Assembly (NCBI RefSeq): GCF_001194135.2 | Contig: NC_068989.1 | Span: 90,693,982 to 90,733,333, forward strand | Direction of reading: 5' to 3' | DNA from: Octopus bimaculoides | Lineage: Eukaryota | Length of the DNA stretch: 39,352 bases | In this document: positions 21,729-32,959 of the stretch, one piece after another | Layout: each line of letters begins with the position of its first letter | Numbering within the stretch: the stretch's first letter is position 1 | The notes under the pieces: generated by a model | Seen by the model: the letters and a program-made list of their open reading frames with translations, nothing else | Database searches by the model: none | What the model was told of the DNA's origin: nothing | Position numbers and translations under genes: made by a program

Positions 21729-22149
21729 ATCATCATTATTATTATTATTATTTATTGGGATAAAGTGAACAGTATTATGGGTTTAATTAAAGAAAAAGTT
21801 TATCTTTTCATCTCTGCCTAGATTCTGANNNNNNNNNNCTCCTCCCCCAAGCTGTCCTTGTGGCAAAAATTTGAAATCATCATCATTATTATTATTATTA
21901 TTTATTGGGATAAAGTGAACAGTATTATGGGTTTAATTAAAGAAAAAGTTTATCTTTTCATCTCTGCCTAGATTCTGACATTTAAAAAATTATTCTAAGA
22001 TTTTGATGTGAGAATATTTTGGCTGAAAAAGGACTAAGTTGAGACATTATTACTTCTAATAACTTTTGACATTTTAGATTCTGAAGAATTGTCATCTTTA
22101 TTTTGAAGTCATTAAATTGCCTAAATAGATGAACGCACACGTGCGCACG

Positions 22150-22201
<52 letters not shown>

Positions 22202-22779
22202 CGTGTGTATTTATATATCCATGGGCATAGACGTGACTATGGTTAAGGTGTTTTGCCCCCCAACCACATGTTTCTAGGTTCAGTCACACAGAATGGCAAC
22301 TTTGGCAAGTGTCTCTTACTATAGCCCTGGGCCAACCATGGACCAAAGGTTTGTAAGAGGATTTGGTAGGCAGAAACTAAAAGAAGACCATTTTGTGTGT
22401 GTGTATGTGTGTGTGTGGATATTGAGTACGTTTATTGAGTACTTGGGTCTAGTTGATTTGACGGGCAGCATTTGAAAAATTAAAGTTTAGAGAAAATTTT
22501 AAAATTTGGCATATTAATATACTTTTCCAAGCTGAATCGGTGGAGAGGGGAGGCTGGTGTGCATGGATGACTGCTGGTCTTCCATAAAAATAGCCGTAGG
22601 TTGTGTGTTTGCTGGTGAGGCGACTTTCCACCCAGACTTGTGCTCTGGAGGGGAACTTCTTAGGTGCACCCATGGTCATTTGTGACCAACGGAATTGAGT
22701 TATATATATCACCATCATCATCGTTGTTTAATGTCTGCTTTCCATGCTGGCATGGGTTGGACGGTTTGACTGAGGACTG

Positions 22780-22804
22780 GTGAGCCAGAAGGCTGTACCA
22801 AGCT

Positions 22805-22850
<46 letters not shown>

Positions 22851-22885
22851 ATATATATTGAGCCTGGTACAGCCTTCTGGCTCAC
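22780..22885. repeat. 106-bp near-perfect palindrome centred on (TA)n
   Basis: 29-bp complex arms 22780-22808 and 22857-22885 (1 mismatch) around a self-complementary (TA)n with one interruption. Confidence 0.9.
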
Positions 22886-23375
22886 ATAAAATATATGTCT
22901 TTGTGTGTGTGATTGTGTGTTTTATTTCTTGTTCTACACACCCATATCATCTCCCCACATCTACTATCAGCATAGTAGTAGTAATGGTGGTGAGGGTGGT
23001 GGTGTCAGAAGGAGCAAAGTACTAGCCATCTGGCCTATTAGTCATCATCAGCTGTTATTTTACTGATGACTACCACCACCCTCTCTCTCATCATCTGCTG
23101 TCCTTCCTGTCTGTTTTTGATTCTTGTGTATTGATTGTCATGCTATCCTCCTTCCCCTCCTTCCACCACCACCACCACCACTACATCTTCCCACTCCTTC
23201 CATGTCAACTTGAGATGTATTGCTCTGTGGCCCTGTTAGTCCAGTCAGTGTGAGCTTGGGGGTGGTGGTGGTGGTGACAATTATGCAATAGTATAAAAGT
23301 GTAGAGCTCTGAGTTGGTGGGTTGGTGGCATAGAGAAGGAGGTGCTCTGAGCAATTATTATTATTATTATTATTA

Positions 23376-23408
<33 letters not shown>

Positions 23409-23473
23409 AGGCTATTTATCTGCTTATTTGTAATTTTTAAAAAAAGTGTTACCGATAATTAATTAATACTTGT

Positions 23474-24022
23474 CAAGAGCTGGCAGAATAGTTAGTATGC
23501 TGGGCAAAATGTTTATTGACATTTCGTCTGCCCCTGACGTTTTGAGTTCAAATTCCACCGGGGTCAGCCTTGCCTTTCATCCATTCAGGATCAATAAATT
23601 AAGTAGCAGTGAAACACTGGGGTCAATGTAATCGACTAGACCCCTCCTCCTACATTTCAGGCCTTGTGCTTTTAGTAGAAAGGATTATTATTATTATTAT
23701 TAAGGTGGCGAACTGGCAGAGTGCTGGACAAAATGCTTAGTGGTATTTCATCTGTCTTTATGTTGTGAGTTCAAATTCTGCTGAGGTTAGCTCTCATCCT
23801 TTTGGGGTCAGTGAAATAGGTGCCAGTCAAAGAATAGGGTAAATGTAATTGACGTCTCTCTCCCCTTGACTACTGCTTTGTGGCAAATTTGAAACCATTA
23901 TTATTATTATTATTGGGGTCAACTTTGCCTTTCATCCTTTCGGGGTCGATAATTTAGTATTAGTTGCATACTGGGGTCGATCTACTCAACTGCTCCCCCC
24001 TCCCCAAATTTCAGGCCTTGTG
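23474..24022 (+). mobile_element. Three consecutive family B SINE copies separated by (ATT)n
   Basis: 23474-23683, 23703-23896 and a 5'-truncated copy at 23915-24022, all in the same orientation. Confidence 0.8.
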
Positions 24023-24753
24023 TGGCACCTTGGGAAAGGTGCCATGATCGGTTGGTGTTTTTTACATGCCACTGGCACGGAAGCCAGTCAAGGTGGTGCT
24101 GGCATCTGCCATGTTTGGATGGTGCTTTTTATGTGTCACTGAACAACACTGCTTGTATAACAGTTACACTTGTTTACGATTAGTGTACAATGTCAAGACA
24201 GAGGGACACAGAAAAACATACATGACGGCACAAATACATGCATACATTAGGATGATGGTGATAGCTGCACAATAGGATTCTTTTAGTTTCGGTCAACCAG
24301 ATCCACTCATATGGCCATGGTTCGCTTGGGCCTATAGTAGAAAACAAGTGCCCAACGTGCCATGCAGTGGGACTGAACCCAGATCCATATGGTTTTGAAG
24401 CAGATTTCTTAATCACATAGCCATACCCAACCTGTGTGTGTGTATGTGTGAGTAATATCTATATGCCTGTGTAGGGTTTGCTGATACATATTTACGAAGG
24501 ACGTAAACCCTGGTAAGAAAACTGAAAAACCAGTGGTCTTTGAGTGAAATCCATTACTATATTTGTTCTTCACCGAGTTACAGGCACTCCCTTATTCTTA
24601 CTATAAGAAATGCAGTGAACAATAAACCAAGTCAAGCAGAAAGCTCATCATCATGATTATTATTGTTCATCGATTGCAACTGAAAGTAAGAAAAAATAAT
24701 AATAAATACTATAATGACTTATTCCCTCCTCCGCTTCTTCTGAACCACCACAG

Positions 24754-24957
24754 CAGCAGCAGCAGTCAGTCTCGAAAGACGAGAACACTGACCCAACTGG
24801 CCATGACGTCATTGAGGCACCATCGGGCAGGTCATATGCTGATGCTGTCAAGAGGTCTCTTCCCGAACCAGAACCGGTGCCAGCCTCCCAGACTCAATCA
24901 ATTCACCATAAATATCACGAGAGCATTGTGCCTCAAAGATCTGGTCAGCTTCAGCAG
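24754..24957 (+). CDS. Coding exon G (phase 0 to 0): QQQQSVSKDENTDPTGHDVIEAPSGRSYADAVKRSLPEPEP...SGQLQQ
   Basis: First AG after a pyrimidine tract is at 24752-24753, the first of five tandem CAG; donor CAG|gtgaga at 24958; open frame. The exact start could be any of the five in-frame CAGs. Confidence 0.85.
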
Positions 24958-25481
24958 GTGAGATGTTTCGAGGTCTACCAAAGGACTTTGCGGACAACAA
25001 GGCTAAAGCTAACAAGAGGGTTTTGCTGCTTTTTGGATGGTCTTCCTGCTGGTTCTTTGTTTAGCTTTTGGGCTGTTTTACTAACGTATCTTTTGTTTTA
25101 TTATATTTATATATTTTTTATTGCTTTCAGCCATTTAAATTTTTATAAATTGCTTTGGAACCTTAAACTCTATTGCTTTGGGCTTTATTTTCAACTTGTT
25201 AACTTCATGTGTGTATGTATATCATATAATGCATACACACACACACACATCCTCATATATTTAGTATGTATATTGTCTTAAATTTATATACATTGTCACA
25301 CACACACATGCGTATTGTCATATACATTATCATCATCATCGTTTAACGTTCGCCTCCCATGCTAGCATGGGTTGGACGATTTGACTGATCACTGGCGAAC
25401 CAGATGGCTGCACCAGGCTCCGACCTGACCTGGCAGAGTTTCTACAGATGGATTATATATATATGTCATATAAGCATTGTG

Positions 25482-25555
<74 letters not shown>

Positions 25556-25556
<1 letters not shown>

Positions 25557-25933
25557 ATCATCGTCGTTTAACGTCCGCTTTCCATGCTAGCATGGGTTGG
25601 ACGATTTGACTGAGGACTGGTGAACCAGATGGTTACAACAGGCTCCAATCTGATTTGGCAGAGTTTCTATAGCTGGATGCCCTTCCTAACGCCAGCCACT
25701 CCGGGTGTGTAGTGGGTGCTTTTACGTGCCACCAGCACGAGGGCCAGTCAGGCGGGTACTGGCAACGGCCACGCTTGAAATGGTGTATTTTACATGCCAC
25801 CTGCACAGGAGCCAGTCCAGGGGCACTGGCAATGATCTCACTCGGATGTCTTACTGGCAAAGGCCACGCTCAAAATGGTGTATTACGTGTCACCTGCACA
25901 GGAGCCAGTCCATCGGCACTGACAACGATCTCT
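25556..25933 (-). mobile_element. SINE-like family C ((GAT)n tail, GGAAGGGCATCCAGCTGTAGAAAC motif), longest copy, with an internal duplication of about 80 bp
   Basis: Other copies at 7035-7325(+), 16113-16285(-), 18825-18990(+), 19202-19428(-), 22715-22808(-), 24045-24150(-), 25330-25452(-), 30706-30897(+), 34485-34660(-). Duplicated unit at 25759-25840 and 25853-25932. Confidence 0.8.
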
Positions 25934-26412
25934 GACAAAGGAATAAGAAATTATGCGATGAAATGCATTAGATTAGCTTACAGCTGTTTCTGCTACAAAA
26001 TGCAGTGCACTTATAACTAGATGCTTATGTATCACCCTATAGCTTCATCAGAGCTTCAAATATGAAGTTCACTTTTATTTGGGAAAACATTTACATTTAT
26101 ACATACATATATGTGCACAGAAACAGCTGTAAGCTAATGAAGTTCTTGACATAATTTCTTATTTCTTTGTTAATCTAATTTCTTATTACTGCTCTGTACT
26201 CAAGTGGGGCTCTTTTCTTAAGCACATGTATATTTCGTCCTAACACCACATTATCATTATTATTATTATTATTATTGCGATGCATTGTTTCCCTGGTGAG
26301 GTAATTATGGTTTTTCCTTAATAATTTGGAGCTTTTATACTTTTAATCTTATTTATTTTTTCTTCTCTTTCTGTAAAAATATCTTAACATGAAATGCACT
26401 TATCTATCTATC

Positions 26413-26456
<44 letters not shown>

Positions 26457-26683
26457 CCTTTCTTTCTTCCTTCTTAGATACACAGTGTTCATAAATTATC
26501 TTTGCAACTTCTACAATTTATTGTCTAGATGTGTAATGGAGCCCACATAGAAACTTCCTTATTTAACTATATATCTTCCAATAAACTCTGAGTTATCTCT
26601 GTTTTCCATTTGTTTCTGAATTTTTCAAATGGTAATGGTAATTTATGGACACCTTGTAAATAAATAAATATATATATTTTAAT

Positions 26684-26878
26684 GTATCAGGACAATTACT
26701 CCCCTCCCAGACAATTCCCCTCCCCCCACAACAATTACCCCCTAGGACAATTACTCCCTTTGATTAATTACCCTCTGTCCAATATATCAAGTTTCAAATC
26801 ATCATCTGTTGGTCTTCAGGGGTAATTGTCCTTGTGGGTGTTATTGTCCATGGGGGGGGGGGTAAATGTCCAAGACTC
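26684..26878. mobile_element. Small foldback element with arrayed subterminal GGACAATTAC(C/T)CCC repeats
   Basis: About 5 direct copies at 26690-26776 and 3 inverted copies (GGGGTAATTGTCC-like) at 26818-26871; superfamily not assigned. Confidence 0.6.
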
Positions 26879-26917
26879 TTATCTATAATCTTTTTGTTTT
26901 TCTTTCTCACTCTATAG

Positions 26918-26997
26918 TGTCAACTGGTTGCTGACCATGTGGTTCCACAGGAAAGTGGAGTTGTTCACTCGTCTCCATCGAAAGAAGTGACCAAAAA
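26918..26997 (+). CDS. Coding exon H (phase 0 to 2): CQLVADHVVPQESGVVHSSPSKEVTK
   Basis: Acceptor tctttctcactctatag (AG 26916-26917); donor AA|gtaagt at 26998; supplies the phase 2 that exon I needs. Confidence 0.87.
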
Positions 26998-27382
26998 GTA
27001 AGTTTCCAAGTTCATTAAAATATTTAGGGAGTCTATTCTTAATTTTCCTTGCTTTGGTCACCTGGGCATTCCACTGTCTTCTTCAACAACCTCCTTCAAC
27101 CCCCTCACTCTCCTTGCCCCACTCTCTTTCCCCCTCCCATTTTTCTTTTACCACTCTCTCTCACTCCTCTCTCTCCCCCCTCTCCTTTACCTTATACTCT
27201 CCCACTCACTCTCCTTTCACTTCTCCCCTCCCTGCACTCCCCCTCCTCTCTCATTCTCCCTGTCCTTTCCCTTCTCCATCTCTCCTTCATCTTCCTCTCC
27301 ATTTCTGCTTGTCTCTCTCCCATTTCTCTCCTGTCTTTCTTTTCTTAGTCTCTCTAATATCCTGTATTTTTTTCTTCCAAAG

Positions 27383-27708
27383 GGAAATATATGAAGAGAC
27401 CAATAAGCATCTGTTACAACACCTGTCCAATTTAGTGCGGACTTACCTGGACATTGAAGACTCCATAAACAAGAAGCTGAGCCAGGTGTTGGCCGACAGT
27501 AAAAATGCGTCCGAGAGAGGGTCTCACTCGAACCACCTGGGCATTCCACAGTCTACCTCAGACAATGATTCTAGCCTGTCGAAACGGCAGAAACGTCGCT
27601 ACAAATCAGCTGAACGACTTGATCTTGGCAATTGGATCCCTGGAGAACCATTCCAACGTGTCACCCGAGCCCGCTCGATGGATCCTATCCATCCGTTTAC
27701 CAGTAACC
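27383..27708 (+). CDS. Coding exon I (phase 2 to 1): KEIYEETNKHLLQHLSNLVRTYLDIEDSINKKLSQ...ARSMDPIHPFTSN
   Basis: Acceptor tttcttccaaag (AG 27381-27382); donor C|gtaagt at 27709; complex part of ORF 27054..27731; contains the basic cluster SKRQKRRYK. Confidence 0.9.
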
Positions 27709-28169
27709 GTAAGTGCTTTTTGGAATTTTAATTAATGGGATAATGTCAGTTTCAAATTTTGATCCAAGGCCAGTGTTTTTGACGGAGGGATAAATCAATG
27801 ACTTTGACCCCAGCGTGTAACTGGTACTTATTTCATCAATCACAAAAGGATGAAAGGCAAAGTCAACCTCGGCTGAAGTTTTCGATTCAGAATGTAAAGG
27901 CAGATAAAATGTTACTAAGCATTTTGCTTGGTGTGTTAACGATGCTGCCTGCTTGCTGTCTTAATTAATGTGATAATATTAATTCTAATATTTGAGCGGT
28001 AAGGCTTTAATCTGTCACTCAGATTAGCACGACCACCTGGGCCTGGATGGCTTTTGCTGAACCTACTTTGGCATTCAGACTTTGTACGAATTCTTTCCTT
28101 CTTTGGTTAGTCTTGGAGACCATGGAAAACATAATGGCTGCAGTCTTTCCTCATTTTACTGTAAGTATA

Positions 28170-28231
<62 letters not shown>

Positions 28232-28555
28232 GATACTGTCTGACCCATGCAAGCATGGAAATGTGGCCGTTAAATGATGATTATGAATAGTGGTTTTGGT
28301 AAGAAAAACCCCATCTTTAACTCTCGTTTGTTATCTTTGCTGAAGAACCAATCTATGAGGAAACTCTGTTTACCATTTCAGAACACATTTCAAAGAAATA
28401 TAAAGTTTCTAAAATGCAACGTAAGAGATTTTAATTCTTTGTTATTGTTTCCAATTTTTATATATTTATTTCGGCAATCTAGAAGAATCTGACCCAAGAG
28501 ATGGAAGAACAAGTCAAAACCTCAGGCTACCTAGCTGACAAGATTATTCCTCACA

Positions 28556-28717
28556 CAGTATTTAATTGTGTACAAGTCACACTTGCGTATAAACCTTGAT
28601 GCAAAATTTTTTCCCTTCATAGTTTTAGCTTTGCTCCATGTCTAAGTTGCACCCCGGTTTTTTTCCCCACTTAAAATCAAATATAAACTATTGTGACTTA
28701 TACACAAGTAAATACAG
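28556..28717. mobile_element. Tc1/mariner- or pogo-type MITE (162 bp)
   Basis: 26-bp TIRs: CAGTATTTAATTGTGTACAAGTCACA versus CTGTATTTACTTGTGTATAAGTCACA (3 mismatches); TA flanks eroded. Confidence 0.7.
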
Positions 28718-28970
28718 AAATAGCATTTAGAGTGACATCGCTAAGCAGTGATGTGTTTCAGTTCAAATATGCTTGAGGCATATTGAAATCCATCAGAAAA
28801 GCATTCACTGTTTTTTGTCGTGGAGAAATACTTTGCTGGAGACATACAGGTGTAAATACACAGTCATTTCACACTCCTTTAGATTCCATACTAAACATGA
28901 AATGTGTGACTGAGATGTGGCTCTTGAGCCACATTGGAGGACAGTGACTTTGTGACATTTTCATGAATTA

Positions 28971-29372
28971 GCAGGTGTGGCTGTGTGGTAAGAAACTCGC
29001 TTCTCAACCACATGTTTCTGGGTTCAGTCCTACTGCGTGGCACCTTGGGCAAGTGTCTTCTACCATAACTTTGAGCTGACCAATGCCTTGCGAGTGGATT
29101 TGGTAGACAGAAACTGAAAGAAGCCTGTAGTATATATGTATATATACATATGTGTGTGTGTGTGCGTGCATGCGCGCTTGCATCTGTGTTTGTTCCTCCA
29201 CCATCACCTGACAACTAATTTTGGTGTGTTTACATCCCCATAACTTAGCGGCTTGGCAAAAGAGACAGATAGAATAAGTACTAGGCTTACAAAGAATAAG
29301 TCTTTTTTCAATTTGTTTGACTACAGGCGGTGCTCCAGCATGGCCAGTCGAATGGCTGAAACAAGTAAAAGA
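28971..29372 (+). mobile_element. SINE family A, full-length copy
   Basis: GCAGGTGTGGCTGTGTGGTAAGAA...GCACCTTGGGCAAGTGTC...CCAGCATGGCC...GAAACAAGTAAAAGA. Confidence 0.85.
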
Positions 29373-30314
29373 AAATTAAACATGGTGTTTAATTGTGACT
29401 TTGTCAGTCGGTGAGCTGAGGTTTTGGTGAGGTTATGTCTCCTGAGATGGATTCTTTCAGATGACAATTCCATCCATATATCATAAAGAGAATTCTTGTT
29501 ACCTATTCAATCTCTTGCATGTATCAATGGCATTGGTATTGGTTCTTGTAGTTCTGTGAGTGAGGTGGTGAACAAGTACTCCTGGAGCAATTACAACACC
29601 ACGTAGCACTTGACTTACGTTGCTCACAAACACTTTTATCTTTATTTTATTCTTCTCTTTATTGTTTTGTAATATTTGTTTTCAATATTCTTTCATTGGT
29701 TTATGATTATCTACATGATGGATTCATTTAAATGGTTTGTAATACGAAGCGGAAAAGACTGGCAGATTTGCGGATCATATGATGCATGCTTGTATAATCA
29801 TGATATGTGTGTGTGTGTGTGTGCGTGCGCAGATATGTGTGAATGTGTGTGTATGTAAATATACATACGTACATACAGAGGAATCTCACCTGCTTTCTTT
29901 CTCTTTTTCTTGCATGCTTATGTATTGATGGTGGTGGTGGTGGTGGTGGTAATGATGTGAGCTTGGTCTGCTGTTGTTGAGATGTGTATGTGGCTGGTAT
30001 GCCTTTCTCATTACTTTTCTGGAAATGCTGGTATTGAACCTCTTATCCCGAATCCAGATCTAATAGTAGCCAGATCTGCTAGAAATAACAGCCAAATCTC
30101 TATGAAATCACACTCCATCATCTGGCTATTTTTGAAACTGGTTAGCTTTGAGTTTCGCGGACTGTAGTAGTTCACCATGTGGCCATTTTGTTTTGGTTTC
30201 CAAGGCGCATGTGTCACATGATGCCAGATCAAACAGACCTTGCTTTAGAAATGTATTAATTTGTTCTTTACTTTCTGTTCTTTATTTTATATTTTTGGTA
30301 TATACTTAGCCTGT

Positions 30315-30399
30315 GTCCAGAAATCAAAAAAAAAAAAAAAATCCCAAAATCTGGACCACCTCCGGTCCCAAGGTTGGTGGATAAGAGGTTTGGTACCTG
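30315..30399. mobile_element. Possible Tigger/pogo-like terminal fragment
   Basis: CCGGTCCCAAGGTTGGTGGATAAGAGGTTTGGTACCTG followed by TA resembles Tigger-type termini as I recall them; single end only. Confidence 0.35.
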
Positions 30400-31022
30400 T
30401 ATTAAGTTACTGAAACATTTGGTCCCTGGAACTCATTAAGAGAATGTGTAATATTTGTTGCCAATATCAAGTTTTACCATTTGTCTTTCCACATTAGAGA
30501 ACAATAATGTTATTGTTTAACTTATCAGATCTTATTCCAGTTATGACCATCCATACTTTTTATTTGTATATCTGACATATCATTTAATGTATCCTTGTTT
30601 AAGATGATGGAGTGTGATTTCATAGAGATTTGGCTGTTATTTCTAGCAGATCTGGCTACTATTAGATCTTCAATTGGCTCAATATATAATGTATGCTGCG
30701 CATAAGAAGCACTGGTGCTGGTCCCACTTCAGAAGCTTCCAATACACTCTGTAAAGTTGTGAGTGTTAAGAAGGGTATCCAGCTGTAGAATCTATTCTAA
30801 AATGAACAGTGGAACCCTGGTGCAGCTCTGTGGCTTGCCAGCTTCTATCAAACTGTCCAACTCATGTCAGCATGGAAATTGGGCGTTAAATGATGATGGT
30901 GTGGAGGTTTTATAAGTGCTTCTGGTAAAGTGTGTGTGTGTTCCTTGGCTCATATTTTTTGAGTAAAAAACTCAGTCTTATTCACATGTCTTCAACCCAA
31001 GTATTTTCACTTCTTCCTTTAG

Positions 31023-31175
31023 GCTCCCCGTTGGAAGAAAACAGAAAAGATGATTTACACAGTGCCAATACAGGATCAAGCACCACAGATGAAGGATTGG
31101 TACTCTCCCAGCAGCTTGGCAATAATATCTTCTCTGGTCCTGGTCTGGACAGCGATAGTGAAGAATTGATTAGTG
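31023..31175 (+). CDS. Coding exon J (phase 1 to 1): RSPLEENRKDDLHSANTGSSTTDEG...DSDSEELIS
   Basis: Acceptor ttcttcctttag (AG 31021-31022); donor G|gtaagt at 31176; within ORF 30932..31219. Confidence 0.85.
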
Positions 31176-31200
31176 GTAAGTTGTATATGTGTTCTATATA

Positions 31201-31340
31201 CAGGGTGGTGCCAAAGTAGGTAATACAGGTAGGAAAAAAAGAAAACCCGTAATTTAATTTCATGTGATAATAATTTTAATGAATTAAGTATTATAACATT
31301 GATGTGATACTTACTGGATACCTACTTTTGCACCCCCTTT
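31201..31340. mobile_element. Short Tc1/mariner-type MITE related to 6799-7032
   Basis: TA then CAGGGTGGTGCCAAAGTAGGTA at left; TACCTACTTTTGCACCCC at right; right boundary fuzzy. Confidence 0.7.
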
Positions 31341-31715
31341 TGTATTAGGTTGGAAAGAAGTCCCATTGCATGGCACCTTGGGCAGTTCTGGTTTCGGTGC
31401 TAACCATTGCTGGTTTTGTTGGGTATGGTTATAGGAAACTGACTTTTCATCGCTTGTGTACACAGGAAAGGTTCAGCGACAAGTTTCCTCTTCAATAATA
31501 AGCTTTCAGTTGCTAAGTGATCTTCTTAATCAAGTGGCCATACCTCTTCCAGGTTCAGTTCCATCGTGTGGCACCTTGGGCAAATGCCTTTTACTGTAGC
31601 CCCAGGCCAGCTAATGCCTTGTCAACAAATCTGGTTGATGGAAACTTTGTGGAAGTCTGTTGTGTGTATGTGTGTTTGTGTGTGTGTGTGTGTGTAGATA
31701 TAGGATTATACAGAA

Positions 31716-32222
31716 CAGGGGTGGGGAAACTTCTTAGTGTGCTAGGCAAAAATTTCTAAAGAAAAAGGTTCGCGGTCGGATCAGAAGTTCTGACTCTTAT
31801 ATCTGTGTAAATCTTGTATATATCCACGTATAATTTGATATGCATTAACACATTAAATTAATGTGTAACATCTTCATTAATGCCTCCACTGAATTTAGGA
31901 CATTTATATTACTTATGAGGTACTCTATATTTTTCAGCTAGAGTGTAGTTGGGTCTCGATGGGGTGGTACAAACCTAGCAATATGTGTTTTATAGGGGAA
32001 ATAAAATCTCCGTTCAAATGGCAATCACCAGACAATTTCTGTTCAAGTCTAACTGTTTTAAGTTGTAGTGGAAACGTGACTTATTGTCGCAAATAGACAT
32101 ACGAGTATTGTATAAATTTTATAATTGAAAAATTTACTATATTTTGTACGTACGAGTATACCAGCCTGCGGGTGCAATACAAAATAAAATTGCGCCTGTG
32201 CATAGGGGTTTCCCCACCCCTG
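31716..32222. mobile_element. hAT-type MITE (507 bp)
   Basis: TIRs CAGGGGTGGGGAAAC at both ends; 8-bp flanks ATACAGAA and CTATAGAA (6/8 identical). Confidence 0.85.
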
Positions 32223-32892
32223 CTATAGAACATGTCAACATGTAGGGATGCCAAAAATGGCTAGGTACAATAACATAGGGTTCACAGTGAGGTAAAACAA
32301 CCATGTAGGTATTGAGTGTTTGTAGGATGCTGTGGATATGTAAGGACCATCAGATCTTTTGGTTTACACACATGCACGTAAATGTGGTTCTCCTTCCCAC
32401 CACTTCACAACTGGTGTTGGTTTGTTTATGTTCCATTAAATTAGTGGTTTGGTGAAAGAGATTGATAGAATAGGTATTAGGCTTAAAAAATATGTACTGC
32501 AGTTAGTGTATTTGACTAAACCCTTCAAATCAATGCCCCTACATGGCCACAGTCCAGGGACTGAAACAAGAAAAAAATATTTAAAAAAATTACAATACAC
32601 TGGATTGGCAAGTTAACCTGTCTGAGCCAACAATAATGATATAGGCTTGAAAGTGGTGGTGGTCATTTTGAACTGAGCTGACCAATGCTAAATCAATAAC
32701 CACCATGACGACGACGACGACCACTAGTACTGCTATCATCATTTGTTACCATGACAACCACCTCCAAAATGGTTATATGGGTTAAAAGTGAACAAAGGCG
32801 GTTTATAGTTTCACAGAGCAGAGTCCATCCTGAGAGCGACACTGTTTTGGAAACACAAAGGTCGAAGATGTTTAATGCTACTGTGTACGTGT

Positions 32893-32959
<67 letters not shown>

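Larger units (their letters stand above)
9708..31175 (+). other. Partial gene model (10 internal coding exons) for a large coiled-coil scaffold protein, pericentrin/AKAP9-like or golgin-like; 5' and 3' ends not identified
   Basis: join(9708..10152,11089..12192,12911..13032,17532..17922,20030..20259,20758..20844,24754..24957,26918..26997,27383..27708,31023..31175) = 3142 nt. All introns are GT-AG and the junction phases (1,1,0,1,0,0,0,2,1) match at all nine junctions with no stops. Product alternates E/Q/K/L-rich helical blocks with Ser/Gly/Asp-rich linkers and shows no catalytic motif. Family assignment is inference from composition only. Confidence 0.88.

Noticed and set aside
21689-21978. 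Perfect 140-bp direct duplication (21689-21828 = 21839-21978)
   Set aside because: The identical copies abut a 10-N gap; this is the typical pattern of an unmerged contig overlap, not biology.
27054-27382. Pro/Leu/Ser-rich N-terminal part of ORF 27054..27731
   Set aside because: Intronic pyrimidine tract read through in frame; the exon starts at 27383.
32693-32900. Protein-like minus-strand stretch VALNIFDLCVSKTVSLSGWTLLCETINRL
   Set aside because: No acceptor in the phase needed to join the candidate exon at 33146-33237, and no credible start.
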